Source: a virus
Strand: one strand, 5' to 3'
IMG/VR virus record: IMGVR_UViG_3300014501_000013
Location: 1-64,000 of that record
Length of the DNA stretch: 64,000 nt
In this document: positions 28,166 to 38,020 of the stretch, one piece after another
Numbering within the stretch: position 1 is the first letter of the stretch
Layout of the letters: every line of letters starts with the position of its first letter
Made by a program: the position numbers and the translations under genes
The notes under the pieces: generated by a model
Seen by the model: only the letters and a program-made list of their open reading frames with translations
What the model was told of the DNA's origin: nothing
The model's database searches: none

Positions 28166-29512
28166 ATGGGACAATCATTGACCGACCTCCTCGATGCGAA
28201 CATTGAAAACATTCGCAAAGGGGTATTGCCTCGGATCTACCAGATCGATAAAGACTTCGCGGTGCAAAGGGTTTGCAAAAACACCGAAACACACCGTATC
28301 ACCAAAACCATTAACGGCCTCGACTTCCGAGCACCGTTCGAACTGGCACCCCCCGGAAACTTCGGAGCGTTCAACCCCGAAGGCGGACCCTTGGGCTTGG
28401 GCGTTGGGTTCTCAATCAGTGAGTTCTATCAGACCTTTTTCAGCACCCGCATGGCCTTCCAATTGACATGGCAGGCTATCAAGGGAACCGCGACCAGCGA
28501 GCAATCCGTATTGAACGCCTGGCAGCGCACCATGGAAGAAGGAACTCCCAACATGGCCCGCTATGAGAACGCCTCATGGCACAATCTCGGCGGTGGCGAC
28601 GGCCAGTTTGCGGTAGCCACTGCCTACACAGGAGATGGCACGGGAGGCACCTACACACTCGACCCTGACGTTGGTGCCCGCCTCATCATCCCGAACCAGC
28701 GCTTTGAGATCATCAACGGCGCGACCTACAAAACGAGCCCCGTATCTCCGGACAGCCTGCCCTACGTCCTTCCCGGCACCGTGAACTATTCGGCCCGGCA
28801 GGTCCAAATCTCCTGCCCCACCACCCTTACTGCTGGCAACGTCCCCGCGGCCGGCGACGTACTCTACTTTGGTGGTGCGACCCCCTCCGGCACCCCCACC
28901 TGGGCGCAGGGCCTACGCTACGTCAACACCACCGCGACCAGCGGCACCTACCTGGGCGTCAACCGCGCGACCTACCCGGTCGTGAACTCTTCGGTGATCT
29001 CCTCAGGCGGCACGCTCACCCCCCAAATGGTCTTTGCGCTCCGCAACCTGATTCGCGTCAAAACCGGAACCAGCGGAAAACTCCCGGTAATCGGTCTCGC
29101 CAGCCTCCACCAGCTGGCCATCATGAGCCAGACCGTCCAGGCCATGCAGACCTTCTACCGCAGTGCCGTCACTCAAGACCAGATCGATCCCCTGCCGGCC
29201 GTTACCGTCGAAGGCGGCGTGATCTACGGTGGCCTCACTCACTACGAGGATCTGCTCCAATCCGCCACCCGCATCGACTACTGCGATCCCTCCGACTGGG
29301 GCCGCGTGTATCTCGATGACAAACCAGGCGCCGATTTCTACAAGAATCCGGGGAGTGGGGAGATGTTTTTTCCGCTCTACGCTGCGAACAATGGACCGGC
29401 CGCGGCGGTTTTGTTCTATCTAATATCAACCCTAAATTACTTTAACATTAATCCGGAGAAGTCCGGTTTAATCGTCAACTTAGTGGCGCCGGCAACCGAT
29501 TATTCGTACTGA
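28166..29512 (+). CDS. Major capsid protein
   Basis: AGGAG SD; strongly C-ending codons; position; GLRY, GTYLGVNRATYP motif. Confidence 0.75.
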   Translation: MGQSLTDLLDANIENIRKGVLPRIYQIDKDFAVQRVCKNTETHRITKTINGLDFRAPFELAPPGNFGAFNPEGGPLGLGVGFSISEFYQTFFSTRMAFQLTWQAIKGTATSEQSVLNAWQRTMEEGTPNMARYENASWHNLGGGDGQFAVATAYTGDGTGGTYTLDPDVGARLIIPNQRFEIINGATYKTSPVSPDSLPYVLPGTVNYSARQVQISCPTTLTAGNVPAAGDVLYFGGATPSGTPTWAQGLRYVNTTATSGTYLGVNRATYPVVNSSVISSGGTLTPQMVFALRNLIRVKTGTSGKLPVIGLASLHQLAIMSQTVQAMQTFYRSAVTQDQIDPLPAVTVEGGVIYGGLTHYEDLLQSATRIDYCDPSDWGRVYLDDKPGADFYKNPGSGEMFFPLYAANNGPAAAVLFYLISTLNYFNINPEKSGLIVNLVAPATDYSY

Positions 29513-29528
29513 GAACAAAACAAAGGAG

Positions 29529-29801
29529 TTATACTCCAGGTTTCTTACAGTTTCGACCAGTGCAAATGTGGGAGATCATGCTTTTTCCGATGGGATAATC
29601 CATGGCGATTATCGCAATGGTCTCCCCATTTGCTCTCCTCCCAAGAATGTCTTCAACGTCCTTTGCCGTGACTTTTGAATTTGGATTCCGCTGTCCATCG
29701 AGCAGCCCTTCCGGACGCGGGATGCCGCGCTTGAACTCCATATTCCTGCCGTGCGTTCCGGCCTCAAGATGGCACGGGTTCCCGTTCGTATTCAATCCCA
29801 A
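29529..29801 (-). pseudogene. HNH endonuclease remnant (C-terminal half plus HTH)
   Basis: NPCHLEAGTHGRNM...G.RNPNSKVT..DV..I......GET...IA..Y.I....ISHI..G; N-terminal HNH half missing. Confidence 0.7.
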
Positions 29802-30018
29802 TGATGGACCCAGATAGCTGTCGGCAGGCGGACGAATTAATGCCGCTGCTGTTTCCCATTCTTCGTAGATTCAGCATGGATGCGGCCCTCTGCGTCCTGC
29901 TTGCCCTTGCGGTAAGCGTGGCCAAAACGATGGGGGTGACCAAAAGGCGATTGGCCGAGATTGCGGAAAAAATGTACGACGGTACTGAACCTCCAAATTC
30001 CTTTATCAACTAACCCAC

Positions 30019-30666
30019 ATGACCACCATCGAACTGACCCGCTTGAACCGCATTTTCGGCGACAAGTTGGGACTGATACCGACCGGCTTCCCGCAGTCAG
30101 GGGAGCCGGCCTTCCAATACAAGCGTGTGGGCGAGTTGACCTACCCAGCGCCTTACGACACCGAGATCCGCGAAAGTCCTGGCGGGCTCTCTTACGCGCA
30201 GCTTGTCTACCGCATGGAGCCGCAGTTGCCGGGCGATGATCCGCACGGCTGGGTAATCGCGAAGTGGCTGGAGCCTGGCTATTCGCCGCCTGACGTGACC
30301 GGCGCGTTCGGGGAAATGGGCGAGCCGATCATCCTGAGTCCGTCCGACTGGGAGCGGCGCTTCGGTAAGGACATGGGCTATCCCTCCGGCGGCTGGTGGC
30401 TCGCGATTCAGCCGCTGCGCCCCGGCTACGAGCCGGACGAGAAGTGGACGCGCTGGGCCGCAGACAATCTGCATATCCAGCGGTCGCTATCGCTTCGGGA
30501 CACCTTCCGCATGATAATGGCGCGCAACGAAAAGAAAGAGGCGAGCAGGGACCGTGAGATTAGCGCCATGACCAGAGACTGTTTTGTGAACCACGTTCCA
30601 GGCGCTAGGGGTGGTTCGTACATCGCATTTTCAGAAACACCAGAGAAAAAGGAAAGGTATTCATGA
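30019..30666 (+). CDS. Hypothetical head-associated protein
   Basis: Late-operon ORF with typical codon usage. Confidence 0.65.
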   Translation: MTTIELTRLNRIFGDKLGLIPTGFPQSGEPAFQYKRVGELTYPAPYDTEIRESPGGLSYAQLVYRMEPQLPGDDPHGWVIAKWLEPGYSPPDVTGAFGEMGEPIILSPSDWERRFGKDMGYPSGGWWLAIQPLRPGYEPDEKWTRWAADNLHIQRSLSLRDTFRMIMARNEKKEASRDREISAMTRDCFVNHVPGARGGSYIAFSETPEKKERYS

Positions 30667-30905
30667 CCGATCAGCAAATAGAAAACACATTCAGCTACCA
30701 CGCGCCATTCGGCGATCAAGCACAGCGCTACGTGCAGATTCGGACCGCGGCTAAAACTCTGGCACTCGTGATCCAAAACGCTTGTCCCGAATCACGCGAG
30801 AAAAGCGTGGCGCTTACTAATCTTCAGCAAACCGTTATGTGGGCGAACTCCAGCATTGCCATTACGGAAGTGCCGCCGCCCACCCAGCCCGTACCCAAGA
30901 ACTAA
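30663..30905 (+). CDS. Acb2/Tad1 hairpin-domain-like protein
   Basis: IENTFSYHAP...RY..IR..AK.LA..I...CPESREKSVALTNLQQTVMWANSSIA. Confidence 0.7.
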   Translation: MTDQQIENTFSYHAPFGDQAQRYVQIRTAAKTLALVIQNACPESREKSVALTNLQQTVMWANSSIAITEVPPPTQPVPKN

Positions 30906-30913
30906 GGAGACAC

Positions 30914-31714
30914 ATGACACCGCATATGCGACCACCCGCCCCGGCGGATAACGAAGAGGATCAGGGCATAGTTGCCCAAACTCTCGTTGCCTACGGCCAG
31001 CGCGTCCCTGTTTGCAGTTTACACTTCAAGCCGCTCAAAGAAGAGCGCCCGTTCCGCACCACGCTCAAGGAAGGCTACCGGCATGTCTACTACATGTCTG
31101 GAGTCGAGTCGATTGACGATCACCCGATTGTGCTGATGGTGACGGACGCCTACGACAAGGTTTTCGTGAGGACCAATATTATGGGTCAGCGCGAATACAC
31201 CGACAGGCCCACCATGGCCAAGGAGATCGCTGACGATATCGTTCACGTTGGCTCGATGGCGTCCAAGAATAGCGGCCCCGACGATGTTTCGCTTCCGGCG
31301 TTCTGGATCTCGAAGGTACCGGAGGACCGCATTCCCAAGGGCAAGCAATGGCAACTATGGAAGGAACCCAAGGAGTTCGCGAAGACATTTCCTGAGTTTC
31401 ACGCCGAGGCGGTTGCTTACAAGCGGCGCGAGCACCGCTGGTGCCAGTTGCGCGTAACGAATGCCGACGCGAATCATGCCAAAAAGTTGCCTCACGAGAT
31501 TTCATCGCTCGATCGCGACTGCGCGAACTTCATTGGAGCGAATCTCGCGGAGCATCCCTGGATTGAGTTCTCAACCTTCGGGAAGCTTGCGCAGTGCCCG
31601 TTCTGCAAGGCGCCTGTGGACGTGGAGGCATCAATCTGTCAGAGTTGCGCTCGCGTCATTAACCCGGCGCTTCTCGCGCGAACCGAAGCTGGACTTGTAG
31701 CACCCGCAAAATAA
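30914..31714 (+). CDS. Hypothetical protein with C-terminal double zinc ribbon
   Basis: AAGGAG SD; CPFCKAPVDVEASICQSC. Confidence 0.7.
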   Translation: MTPHMRPPAPADNEEDQGIVAQTLVAYGQRVPVCSLHFKPLKEERPFRTTLKEGYRHVYYMSGVESIDDHPIVLMVTDAYDKVFVRTNIMGQREYTDRPTMAKEIADDIVHVGSMASKNSGPDDVSLPAFWISKVPEDRIPKGKQWQLWKEPKEFAKTFPEFHAEAVAYKRREHRWCQLRVTNADANHAKKLPHEISSLDRDCANFIGANLAEHPWIEFSTFGKLAQCPFCKAPVDVEASICQSCARVINPALLARTEAGLVAPAK

Positions 31715-32653
31715 ATGGCCGATTGTACCGTAGCAGATGTATTGACCTCCGCAGAGTCCATGCTAGGGGATGCCGATGGGGAGATCACACAGGAGATCGT
31801 TGACGATTTCCAGACCGCGTATTCTGAGTTGACGGATGCGGCTCTAAAGATCGCGGTGCCAGAGATCACGCGGGAAGTATACTTCACGCTTCCCGCGAAC
31901 ACCGCCGTTCTATTTCCGGTTCAGTTGGGCGTTACCGACTTCGCGGAGCCTTCTCAGATTTACGAGCGCGGCAATGTGCAAGCGGTTAACATCGTCTCGA
32001 TCACGGACGGTACGCCGCTCTCGGTTGTAACCTCCGGGGCCCCAAGTCCGGTGAACGGCAGGGTAGAGATCAGCGGCGCTGCCGGTCCCCAACCGCTTCC
32101 TGGCTGGGTGAACCGTGACTGGTTCATCACGCCAACTGGCCCGAACACATTCACACTCAACGGCTCAATCACTACGGGCCTAGGGGGGGTGATCGCAAAC
32201 ACGGGGACGGTGAACTGGTCCTCAGATGGCTTCGTAAAAATGAATCAACTCGATGTGCAGCCGCCAGCGGCTCCTCCTGCACTTCAGAATCTTGGGGCGT
32301 GGCGCTGGGCGGATCGGTTCATTTACTTCCCGAACGGCTCAAATCAGCCGCGCCAGTTATGGATTGAATATCTCGCGGATGCGACCCCGCCGGCCTCCGG
32401 AATCATCGGACTCTTCAATGGCCGCGAGCTCAAGTTCCTGGCGCAGGCTACCGGGGCGCACTTCGGGCCCAAGCGTCAACTTCCCATGGGACCGCAATTG
32501 GCCGCGTGGGCCTACGGACCTTCAGGGCAAGCCGATATGACGGGCGGCTCCCTGCGCGAACTCCTTCTGCCGGTATTAAAGCAGAAAAATGCACTAACGC
32601 GCCGCTCCGGTCTCTACCGGATGCGTCGTGGATTTGTGTCAATCATAACCTAG
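31715..32653 (+). CDS. Putative head-to-tail adaptor with FCCH-like beta insert
   Basis: TVADVL...LGD N-terminus; IVSITDGTP...VEISG....VNRDWFIT..GPNTFTL. Confidence 0.55.
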   Translation: MADCTVADVLTSAESMLGDADGEITQEIVDDFQTAYSELTDAALKIAVPEITREVYFTLPANTAVLFPVQLGVTDFAEPSQIYERGNVQAVNIVSITDGTPLSVVTSGAPSPVNGRVEISGAAGPQPLPGWVNRDWFITPTGPNTFTLNGSITTGLGGVIANTGTVNWSSDGFVKMNQLDVQPPAAPPALQNLGAWRWADRFIYFPNGSNQPRQLWIEYLADATPPASGIIGLFNGRELKFLAQATGAHFGPKRQLPMGPQLAAWAYGPSGQADMTGGSLRELLLPVLKQKNALTRRSGLYRMRRGFVSIIT

Positions 32654-32705
32654 TCAACCATGTCGCCTTCGCGCGACGTTCTTCTGAAAGGAACAGTAAA
32701 CCTAC

Positions 32706-34088
32706 ATGTCAATTCCACAGAATATTAAAGCAGCGCAAGATGCTCCCTTTCTTAAGCGCGAGTGGAGCGGCAAGGAAGTGGATTTAATCGACTCCGCAGC
32801 CGGTGTCGGCTTTTCATACTCCGAGCAAGATCCGACAGGGCTCATCGAGCGCCTTCTGCTCGAACAGGACTCAGACGATCAGCTTCGACTCGGAGATGCG
32901 ATTGTCAATCCGACTCGCCAGCAACTCATCTTCCACGTCTATCCGAACGCGAGTCTGGTATCTCAAACCTTTTTCGTTAACCCGACGCCGCGGCAGTTGG
33001 TGATCAACGTGGCGGCTGAGGTCCACACGACCGCCGGAACAGGGACAACCGCAACCGCAACAGTCACCCATGAGACCATTCCGCCGAGCGGGACGCTTCA
33101 GCAGGCGGCTGGCACAGGCAAAGCTGTAATTACGGCACCATTCAACCTTAAAGGGACCGCCGAAACGGTTCAGAATGGGGCACTCGCGGCCGCCTTCCAA
33201 AAGCAGACTCGCAACAACAGCGTTTATATCGCTACTCCGCAAGCGGGCCTAATCGTTCTCCAACCGGGAGACAGCCTTAGCGTTTTGTTTGCGGGGACAC
33301 TCACCACTCTCGTGGGCGTGACCATCACTATCACGGTTGAACCAGGTTCGAAGTATGAGTTCGTTTCTTTCTATGCCGGGACCGCGGGAACCGCCGTTAC
33401 CACGTCGCTGATAACTTCACTGCGGCCGCGTACGCTACTCTATGGCGCCGCTCTCTGGCAGGCTAAGGAAGCTACAGCGGCTACACTAACGCTCGACGTC
33501 ACCAAGGATGCTTCGGCAACCGCGCCTGGTGCCGGAACATCCATGCTGTCCGCAACGGTGAACCTCAAGGGCACTGCGTTGACCTATACGCAGCTTGCGC
33601 TTTCCGCTACCGTGGCAACGCTTAGCACTCTGTCGAGCGATTCTGTCGCGGCCAAAATTTCGGCTTCTACAACGGAACTCGCGGGCCTCTGCATGACGCT
33701 GGCCTTTGACGGGAAGATGGGCGAAGTATCAATCAACTACAACGCCTTCAACTCGACCGTTGGAACGGACGAGGAAATCTTCATCGCTGACCGCGATTAT
33801 GAGGTTTCGGACTTTGCCGCGAAGTGGCCCACGGCTGGTACCGGCGACGTTCTGGTGACCAAGGAAATTGGAACTCAGACACCTGGGACCGGTGGCGTCG
33901 GCCTCCAGACCGACAACTCCAACGCAGGGTTCCTCACTTCCGGGAGCATCAACGTGCCAGTCTTCGCTGCCCTCGTAGCGCTTAATCTGCGTTTTATACC
34001 GAAGGGTACTCGCATCGGCCTGCACTATTCGGGAACGCTCGGCTCTTTGGCCGGATTCCAGATGTCGATGCGTCTCAAAGCTGCCTAA
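32706..34088 (+). CDS. Virion structural protein with three tandem beta-sandwich repeats
   Basis: Repeated TKD/E...PGTG..(NLKGT)..L..GD blocks; no signal peptide. Confidence 0.6.
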   Translation: MSIPQNIKAAQDAPFLKREWSGKEVDLIDSAAGVGFSYSEQDPTGLIERLLLEQDSDDQLRLGDAIVNPTRQQLIFHVYPNASLVSQTFFVNPTPRQLVINVAAEVHTTAGTGTTATATVTHETIPPSGTLQQAAGTGKAVITAPFNLKGTAETVQNGALAAAFQKQTRNNSVYIATPQAGLIVLQPGDSLSVLFAGTLTTLVGVTITITVEPGSKYEFVSFYAGTAGTAVTTSLITSLRPRTLLYGAALWQAKEATAATLTLDVTKDASATAPGAGTSMLSATVNLKGTALTYTQLALSATVATLSTLSSDSVAAKISASTTELAGLCMTLAFDGKMGEVSINYNAFNSTVGTDEEIFIADRDYEVSDFAAKWPTAGTGDVLVTKEIGTQTPGTGGVGLQTDNSNAGFLTSGSINVPVFAALVALNLRFIPKGTRIGLHYSGTLGSLAGFQMSMRLKAA

Positions 34089-36071
34089 ATGGGTACCTGT
34101 ATCGTTCCAGTTCAACCGTGGGAGGAAACCGTTATCAGCGGTTTCCTCGGTCCGTGGGCTCGACCGGAGGTTACCGACCTTCCGCCGAACCGTGGCTTGC
34201 TCGCACTCAACACCGAGTACTACAGTCTGGAACCTGGAACGCGCGCAGGCTTCGGCCCGTTGGTCAATACCAATAAAATCATCACATCGCTTTTCAACTG
34301 GATCAAGGCAGCAGACGACGTTTCACCCGTTGGCAACTATCTGCTGCTTTACAACGCCACTGACGGAGAGGTCGAGTTCATCGTGAACATGGCCTCTCCG
34401 TTTTTCACTATTCTTTTCGCTGTCACTTGCGATTCAATCGACGCTTGTTCGAACGGTAATCAACTTTTCGTCGCCTCGATCAATGTCTCGGCGCAATCCA
34501 CGCCGGTAGGGGCCGCGCAGGTTCGCATCGTCGGCATCTACGGCGCGGCTATCAATACCGACATCGGCTTCCTTGGACCACTGACCACAAAGCCCACGCT
34601 CTCAAATACAGGCAGTGGTAGCGTGACGGCGGGCTCTCATTTTGTAGGCTACGTTATCACCACGCGCAACGGCTTCACTGGGCTAATCTCTCCTGTAGTG
34701 AGCGGAACATCGACGCCCGATCAGACCTCGGCGATAACAGCGCCTGGAGCCCAGACGATTCAGGTCTCGTTAACAGCGACGTGGCCGGCGGAAGCTAATT
34801 TGGTTCAATTCGTGATGACCGCTACCACCAACCCCTTTCAGTACTTCACCATTCCGGGTGCTCTCTATGCGGTTCCTGGCGGCGCGTCGTTCACAGTAAA
34901 TGCCAACATCAACATCTCAGACCAGCAACTGATCGCCAACACCAACGATGTCACGAACAATCAGTTCTTTCTGACGCAGAACTCGCTCGGTGCGGGGCCG
35001 TTTAATCCCTTCAAGGTGGTCATATACGGGTCACGGTCAATGTACCTGACCTACGATACCGAGAGCACGTTTGCAATCTACGGGTCCGAGCCAAACAATG
35101 CGCAGCAACTTACGGAGCAGTTTCACGAGTTGCGGCTTCCCGGCTTTCAGATGGGTTGCTCGGCGTTCAGTCTCGGCGGGATCTTCTACGTCGTTGGACC
35201 CAACTGGACGTACAGCTTCCAGGACAACGGGCAGCAACCGGTAGCGTGGCCCACTCCGACCTTGATTGATGGTCGAATTGGGTCCGCTTGTGTTGAGGGC
35301 GTCACTGTCACGGCTTCCGGCAACTGGGCCGCCGTGGTCCACACCTCGGGACTGTACGTGATGTCCGGTTACTATCAGGACAAGCCAATCTCGTATTACA
35401 ACGACCCGGAGTGGCGGCGCATCAACTGGGCGGCACAACAGACCATCCGTATCGTTGACAATCACGACAAGAAGGTGTTGGCGCTCGCCGTTCCGCTCGA
35501 CGATTCCACCGTTCCGAATTACATCATGACGTGGGACTATTCGCAGAGTCAGGGCGGCACGCCGGATTACGCGAGCGTCAGCTACTCGCTGTGGAATCTG
35601 AGCGGCTACAATCCGCGTGCAATGTGCCTGTATCAGAATTACACCACCACACGGTTGGAGTTTCTGTTAGGGCCGTCGATCGCGAACTACCTACTACGGC
35701 AGATGAACACCACCGACGATGCCAATCCTTGGACGGACAACGGCGCGGCCATCAATTGGCAGTATCAGACCGCGCCCCAACCGCAAGGTTCTCTTGGCGT
35801 GGTGAACGCCTATCCGGGGGCCTATGTGCGAGCCCGTGGGATGGGCGCTGCGAATCTCGGTGTAACGAGCGATACGTTGGATAACGCGGCATCGGTCAAG
35901 TGGTCCAAGCCGATTATTCTTTCGCCGGCTCCGGGCGTTGAATACTGGCGTCAGTTTTATGTGAGAAGCGAGCAGATGTCGATGCTGTTTCAGGCCGGAA
36001 CTAATGCGGGAGACTGGGCGATCCTTGCAGGCATTCGGCTGAAGTATTACCAATGGGCAGCGCGTCGGTAG
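34089..36071 (+). CDS. Tail tube/nozzle-like (P22 gp10-like) protein
   Basis: 660 aa; beta-rich; PISY...WRRINW, ALAVPLD.ST.PN, WTDNG.AI pattern; position. Confidence 0.6.
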   Translation: MGTCIVPVQPWEETVISGFLGPWARPEVTDLPPNRGLLALNTEYYSLEPGTRAGFGPLVNTNKIITSLFNWIKAADDVSPVGNYLLLYNATDGEVEFIVNMASPFFTILFAVTCDSIDACSNGNQLFVASINVSAQSTPVGAAQVRIVGIYGAAINTDIGFLGPLTTKPTLSNTGSGSVTAGSHFVGYVITTRNGFTGLISPVVSGTSTPDQTSAITAPGAQTIQVSLTATWPAEANLVQFVMTATTNPFQYFTIPGALYAVPGGASFTVNANINISDQQLIANTNDVTNNQFFLTQNSLGAGPFNPFKVVIYGSRSMYLTYDTESTFAIYGSEPNNAQQLTEQFHELRLPGFQMGCSAFSLGGIFYVVGPNWTYSFQDNGQQPVAWPTPTLIDGRIGSACVEGVTVTASGNWAAVVHTSGLYVMSGYYQDKPISYYNDPEWRRINWAAQQTIRIVDNHDKKVLALAVPLDDSTVPNYIMTWDYSQSQGGTPDYASVSYSLWNLSGYNPRAMCLYQNYTTTRLEFLLGPSIANYLLRQMNTTDDANPWTDNGAAINWQYQTAPQPQGSLGVVNAYPGAYVRARGMGAANLGVTSDTLDNAASVKWSKPIILSPAPGVEYWRQFYVRSEQMSMLFQAGTNAGDWAILAGIRLKYYQWAARR

Positions 36072-36580
36072 ACCTCACTGGCCTTCCGGGGATCGGCCAG
36101 CTCACGAACTCGATTCGCGTTGGGCCATCGCAGCAGAACTCTTCACAGATATGGCTACAAAGCGCGCAGGCTCTCGACACGCTGGATCAGAACTTCCAGA
36201 GCGTTGCGGGCGTGGTCACCGATTTACAGGCGAGCGTCAGTGCGCCAGTGGCCACCTCGTCGCTTTATTACGACAACGGTTCCGGGGCTTCATTTACTCC
36301 CAACTTCGCTCAAGGCACGACGCAGGTATGCACACTGACCGGCAACGCCACGATAAACCCCTCGGCGGGAGCCAAAGCGGGGCAGGAAGTGATTATGATT
36401 CTGGTGCAGGATGCGACCGGCGGCTGGCAGGTCGCCAGCTGGGACGCGAGCTATTACTTCGCGGGCGAGTTCGATCTCGACCCGACGCCGAGCACAGCGA
36501 CAGTATTCCGGTTTGTTCCAAATCAGGCGGGGAACCTGATCCAAAGTGGGCCACCCGTCACAGGGATTGCATTTCCATGA
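36053..36580 (+). CDS. Tail-associated protein with fibre C-terminal-type domain
   Basis: TLTGNATI.P......GQ...MILVQDATGG..V.SW...Y.F; no signal peptide. Confidence 0.6.
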   Translation: MGSASVDLTGLPGIGQLTNSIRVGPSQQNSSQIWLQSAQALDTLDQNFQSVAGVVTDLQASVSAPVATSSLYYDNGSGASFTPNFAQGTTQVCTLTGNATINPSAGAKAGQEVIMILVQDATGGWQVASWDASYYFAGEFDLDPTPSTATVFRFVPNQAGNLIQSGPPVTGIAFP

Positions 36581-37842
36581 TTAAAACTCTACTTTTGTCC
36601 TCCCTTGTTCTCTGCGGTTGCCTTCATGGGCAATATCGCGTCACAGTGGCCGGGTCCGGCAACAAGCAGGCGTTCATCGCCGAGAATCCATCATCGGGCG
36701 TGAACGGTTCCTGTTACGACCTGCGCACGGTAGACCCTGGTACTGGCATTCTTCACGATGCTGGCCAGATGTGCGGTCTTTTTTACGCTACTGGCTACGC
36801 GAATGCTGGCGTCACCATTGAGACCGTCACCGGCGATAGCGTTTTTCAGCCCAACACCACCTTCCGAGGTCCCGGCATGATTGTTGGCGCGACCGGGCCA
36901 TCGAGCTATATCCCCACCGCTGGGCCTTATGCGGCGGTTATCTCGCCGAGCAATCCAGCGTATCTTGTCGTGGAAGGCACCACTGGTGCTGCGGCGATCA
37001 TTTTGAGAGATGGCGTCGGGCCGACCAATTCTAAAATGTGGGACTTCATTGCGGACGCTGGTGGCAACCTGCACTTCAGGGCCGTCAACGATATTTACGG
37101 CGCGGCGCAGGACTTTCTCACAATCTCCAGGTCGGGACTGACCATCAACTCGGCGACGTTCAATGAGTCTCTGCTATTTGGCGGCGACAATTCCTACAAC
37201 GTAGGATCAAGCACGAGTGCGGCGGTGAACGTGTACACCGCTGGAGTACAGCTTGGGCGTGGAAACGCGCGGCAGGGCAGCGCTACGTTCTTCAATCCCC
37301 TGAATGGCAATTCGTTCGTCATGGCTGGAACCAACGTGGCAACCGGCGGCGGGGATCTCGTGGTCGGCAATCTCTTTGGGAGCGGCGCAATCTACCCAAT
37401 AAACTCGTCCACCAACCTCGGCTATGCTTCAGGGCCGTTCGCAAATGCCTTCGTCACCAACCTCACCATCTATGGCACATGTACGGGGTGCAGCGGCGCG
37501 GCTGGCGCGAACACGGCGCTGTCGAACTTGGCGTCCACGGCCATCAATACCACGCTGAACACAACAAGCGACATCTATGTAAAGACGGCGAATGTCCACG
37601 TTCAGACTTCGGGCGGTGTGGACCTAATCGAACTTCAGTACTCGACGGGGACCGCAGGTGCGCTTCTGTTCAATAACTCCTCCGGCACCAATCTTGTGCA
37701 GTTCAATCAGTTCGGTGTGGACGTGGCGAACGGAGCGACCTACAACTACGGCGGACTGACTGGAGAAACGCATACTGTCACCACGGGAACTTGCACGATG
37801 AATTTCTCGGGCGGCATTCTCACGAGCACTTCAGGGTGTTAG
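36577..37842 (+). CDS. Signal-peptide-bearing tail-fibre-like protein
   Basis: ATGA-coupled start MIKTLLLSSLVLCGCLHG|Q; GANTALSNLASTAINTTL and C-terminal MNFSGGILTS fibre motifs. Confidence 0.7.
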   Translation: MIKTLLLSSLVLCGCLHGQYRVTVAGSGNKQAFIAENPSSGVNGSCYDLRTVDPGTGILHDAGQMCGLFYATGYANAGVTIETVTGDSVFQPNTTFRGPGMIVGATGPSSYIPTAGPYAAVISPSNPAYLVVEGTTGAAAIILRDGVGPTNSKMWDFIADAGGNLHFRAVNDIYGAAQDFLTISRSGLTINSATFNESLLFGGDNSYNVGSSTSAAVNVYTAGVQLGRGNARQGSATFFNPLNGNSFVMAGTNVATGGGDLVVGNLFGSGAIYPINSSTNLGYASGPFANAFVTNLTIYGTCTGCSGAAGANTALSNLASTAINTTLNTTSDIYVKTANVHVQTSGGVDLIELQYSTGTAGALLFNNSSGTNLVQFNQFGVDVANGATYNYGGLTGETHTVTTGTCTMNFSGGILTSTSGC

Positions 37843-38020
37843 CTATTTTCTCAAAAGCTTCCGCTGCTGTTCCCGCCCACTGTTCTGGCGTCATCTCTAC
37901 GCGAAGAACTTCGGTTTTAATGAATTGGCCTGCCGTTATGCGGGACGAACGGCTCTCGTAGATCACATTGCCAGCTTCAGGATTGTCTTCAATGCGAGTC
38001 ACGGTGAGCAGATATTTCAT
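37820..38020 (-). CDS. Antisense small hypothetical protein, probably leaderless
   Basis: MKYLLTVTRIED...; TACTAT (38028-38033) ends 7 nt before the ATG; fills the gap between two late genes. Confidence 0.5.
   Translation of the reverse strand: MKYLLTVTRIEDNPEAGNVIYESRSSRITAGQFIKTEVLRVEMTPEQWAGTAAEAFEKIANTLKCS

Noticed and set aside
36151-36576. N-terminal extension of the 563-aa ORF
   Set aside because: Overlaps 36053..36580 in another frame; the ATGA-coupled start at 36577 gives a clean signal peptide
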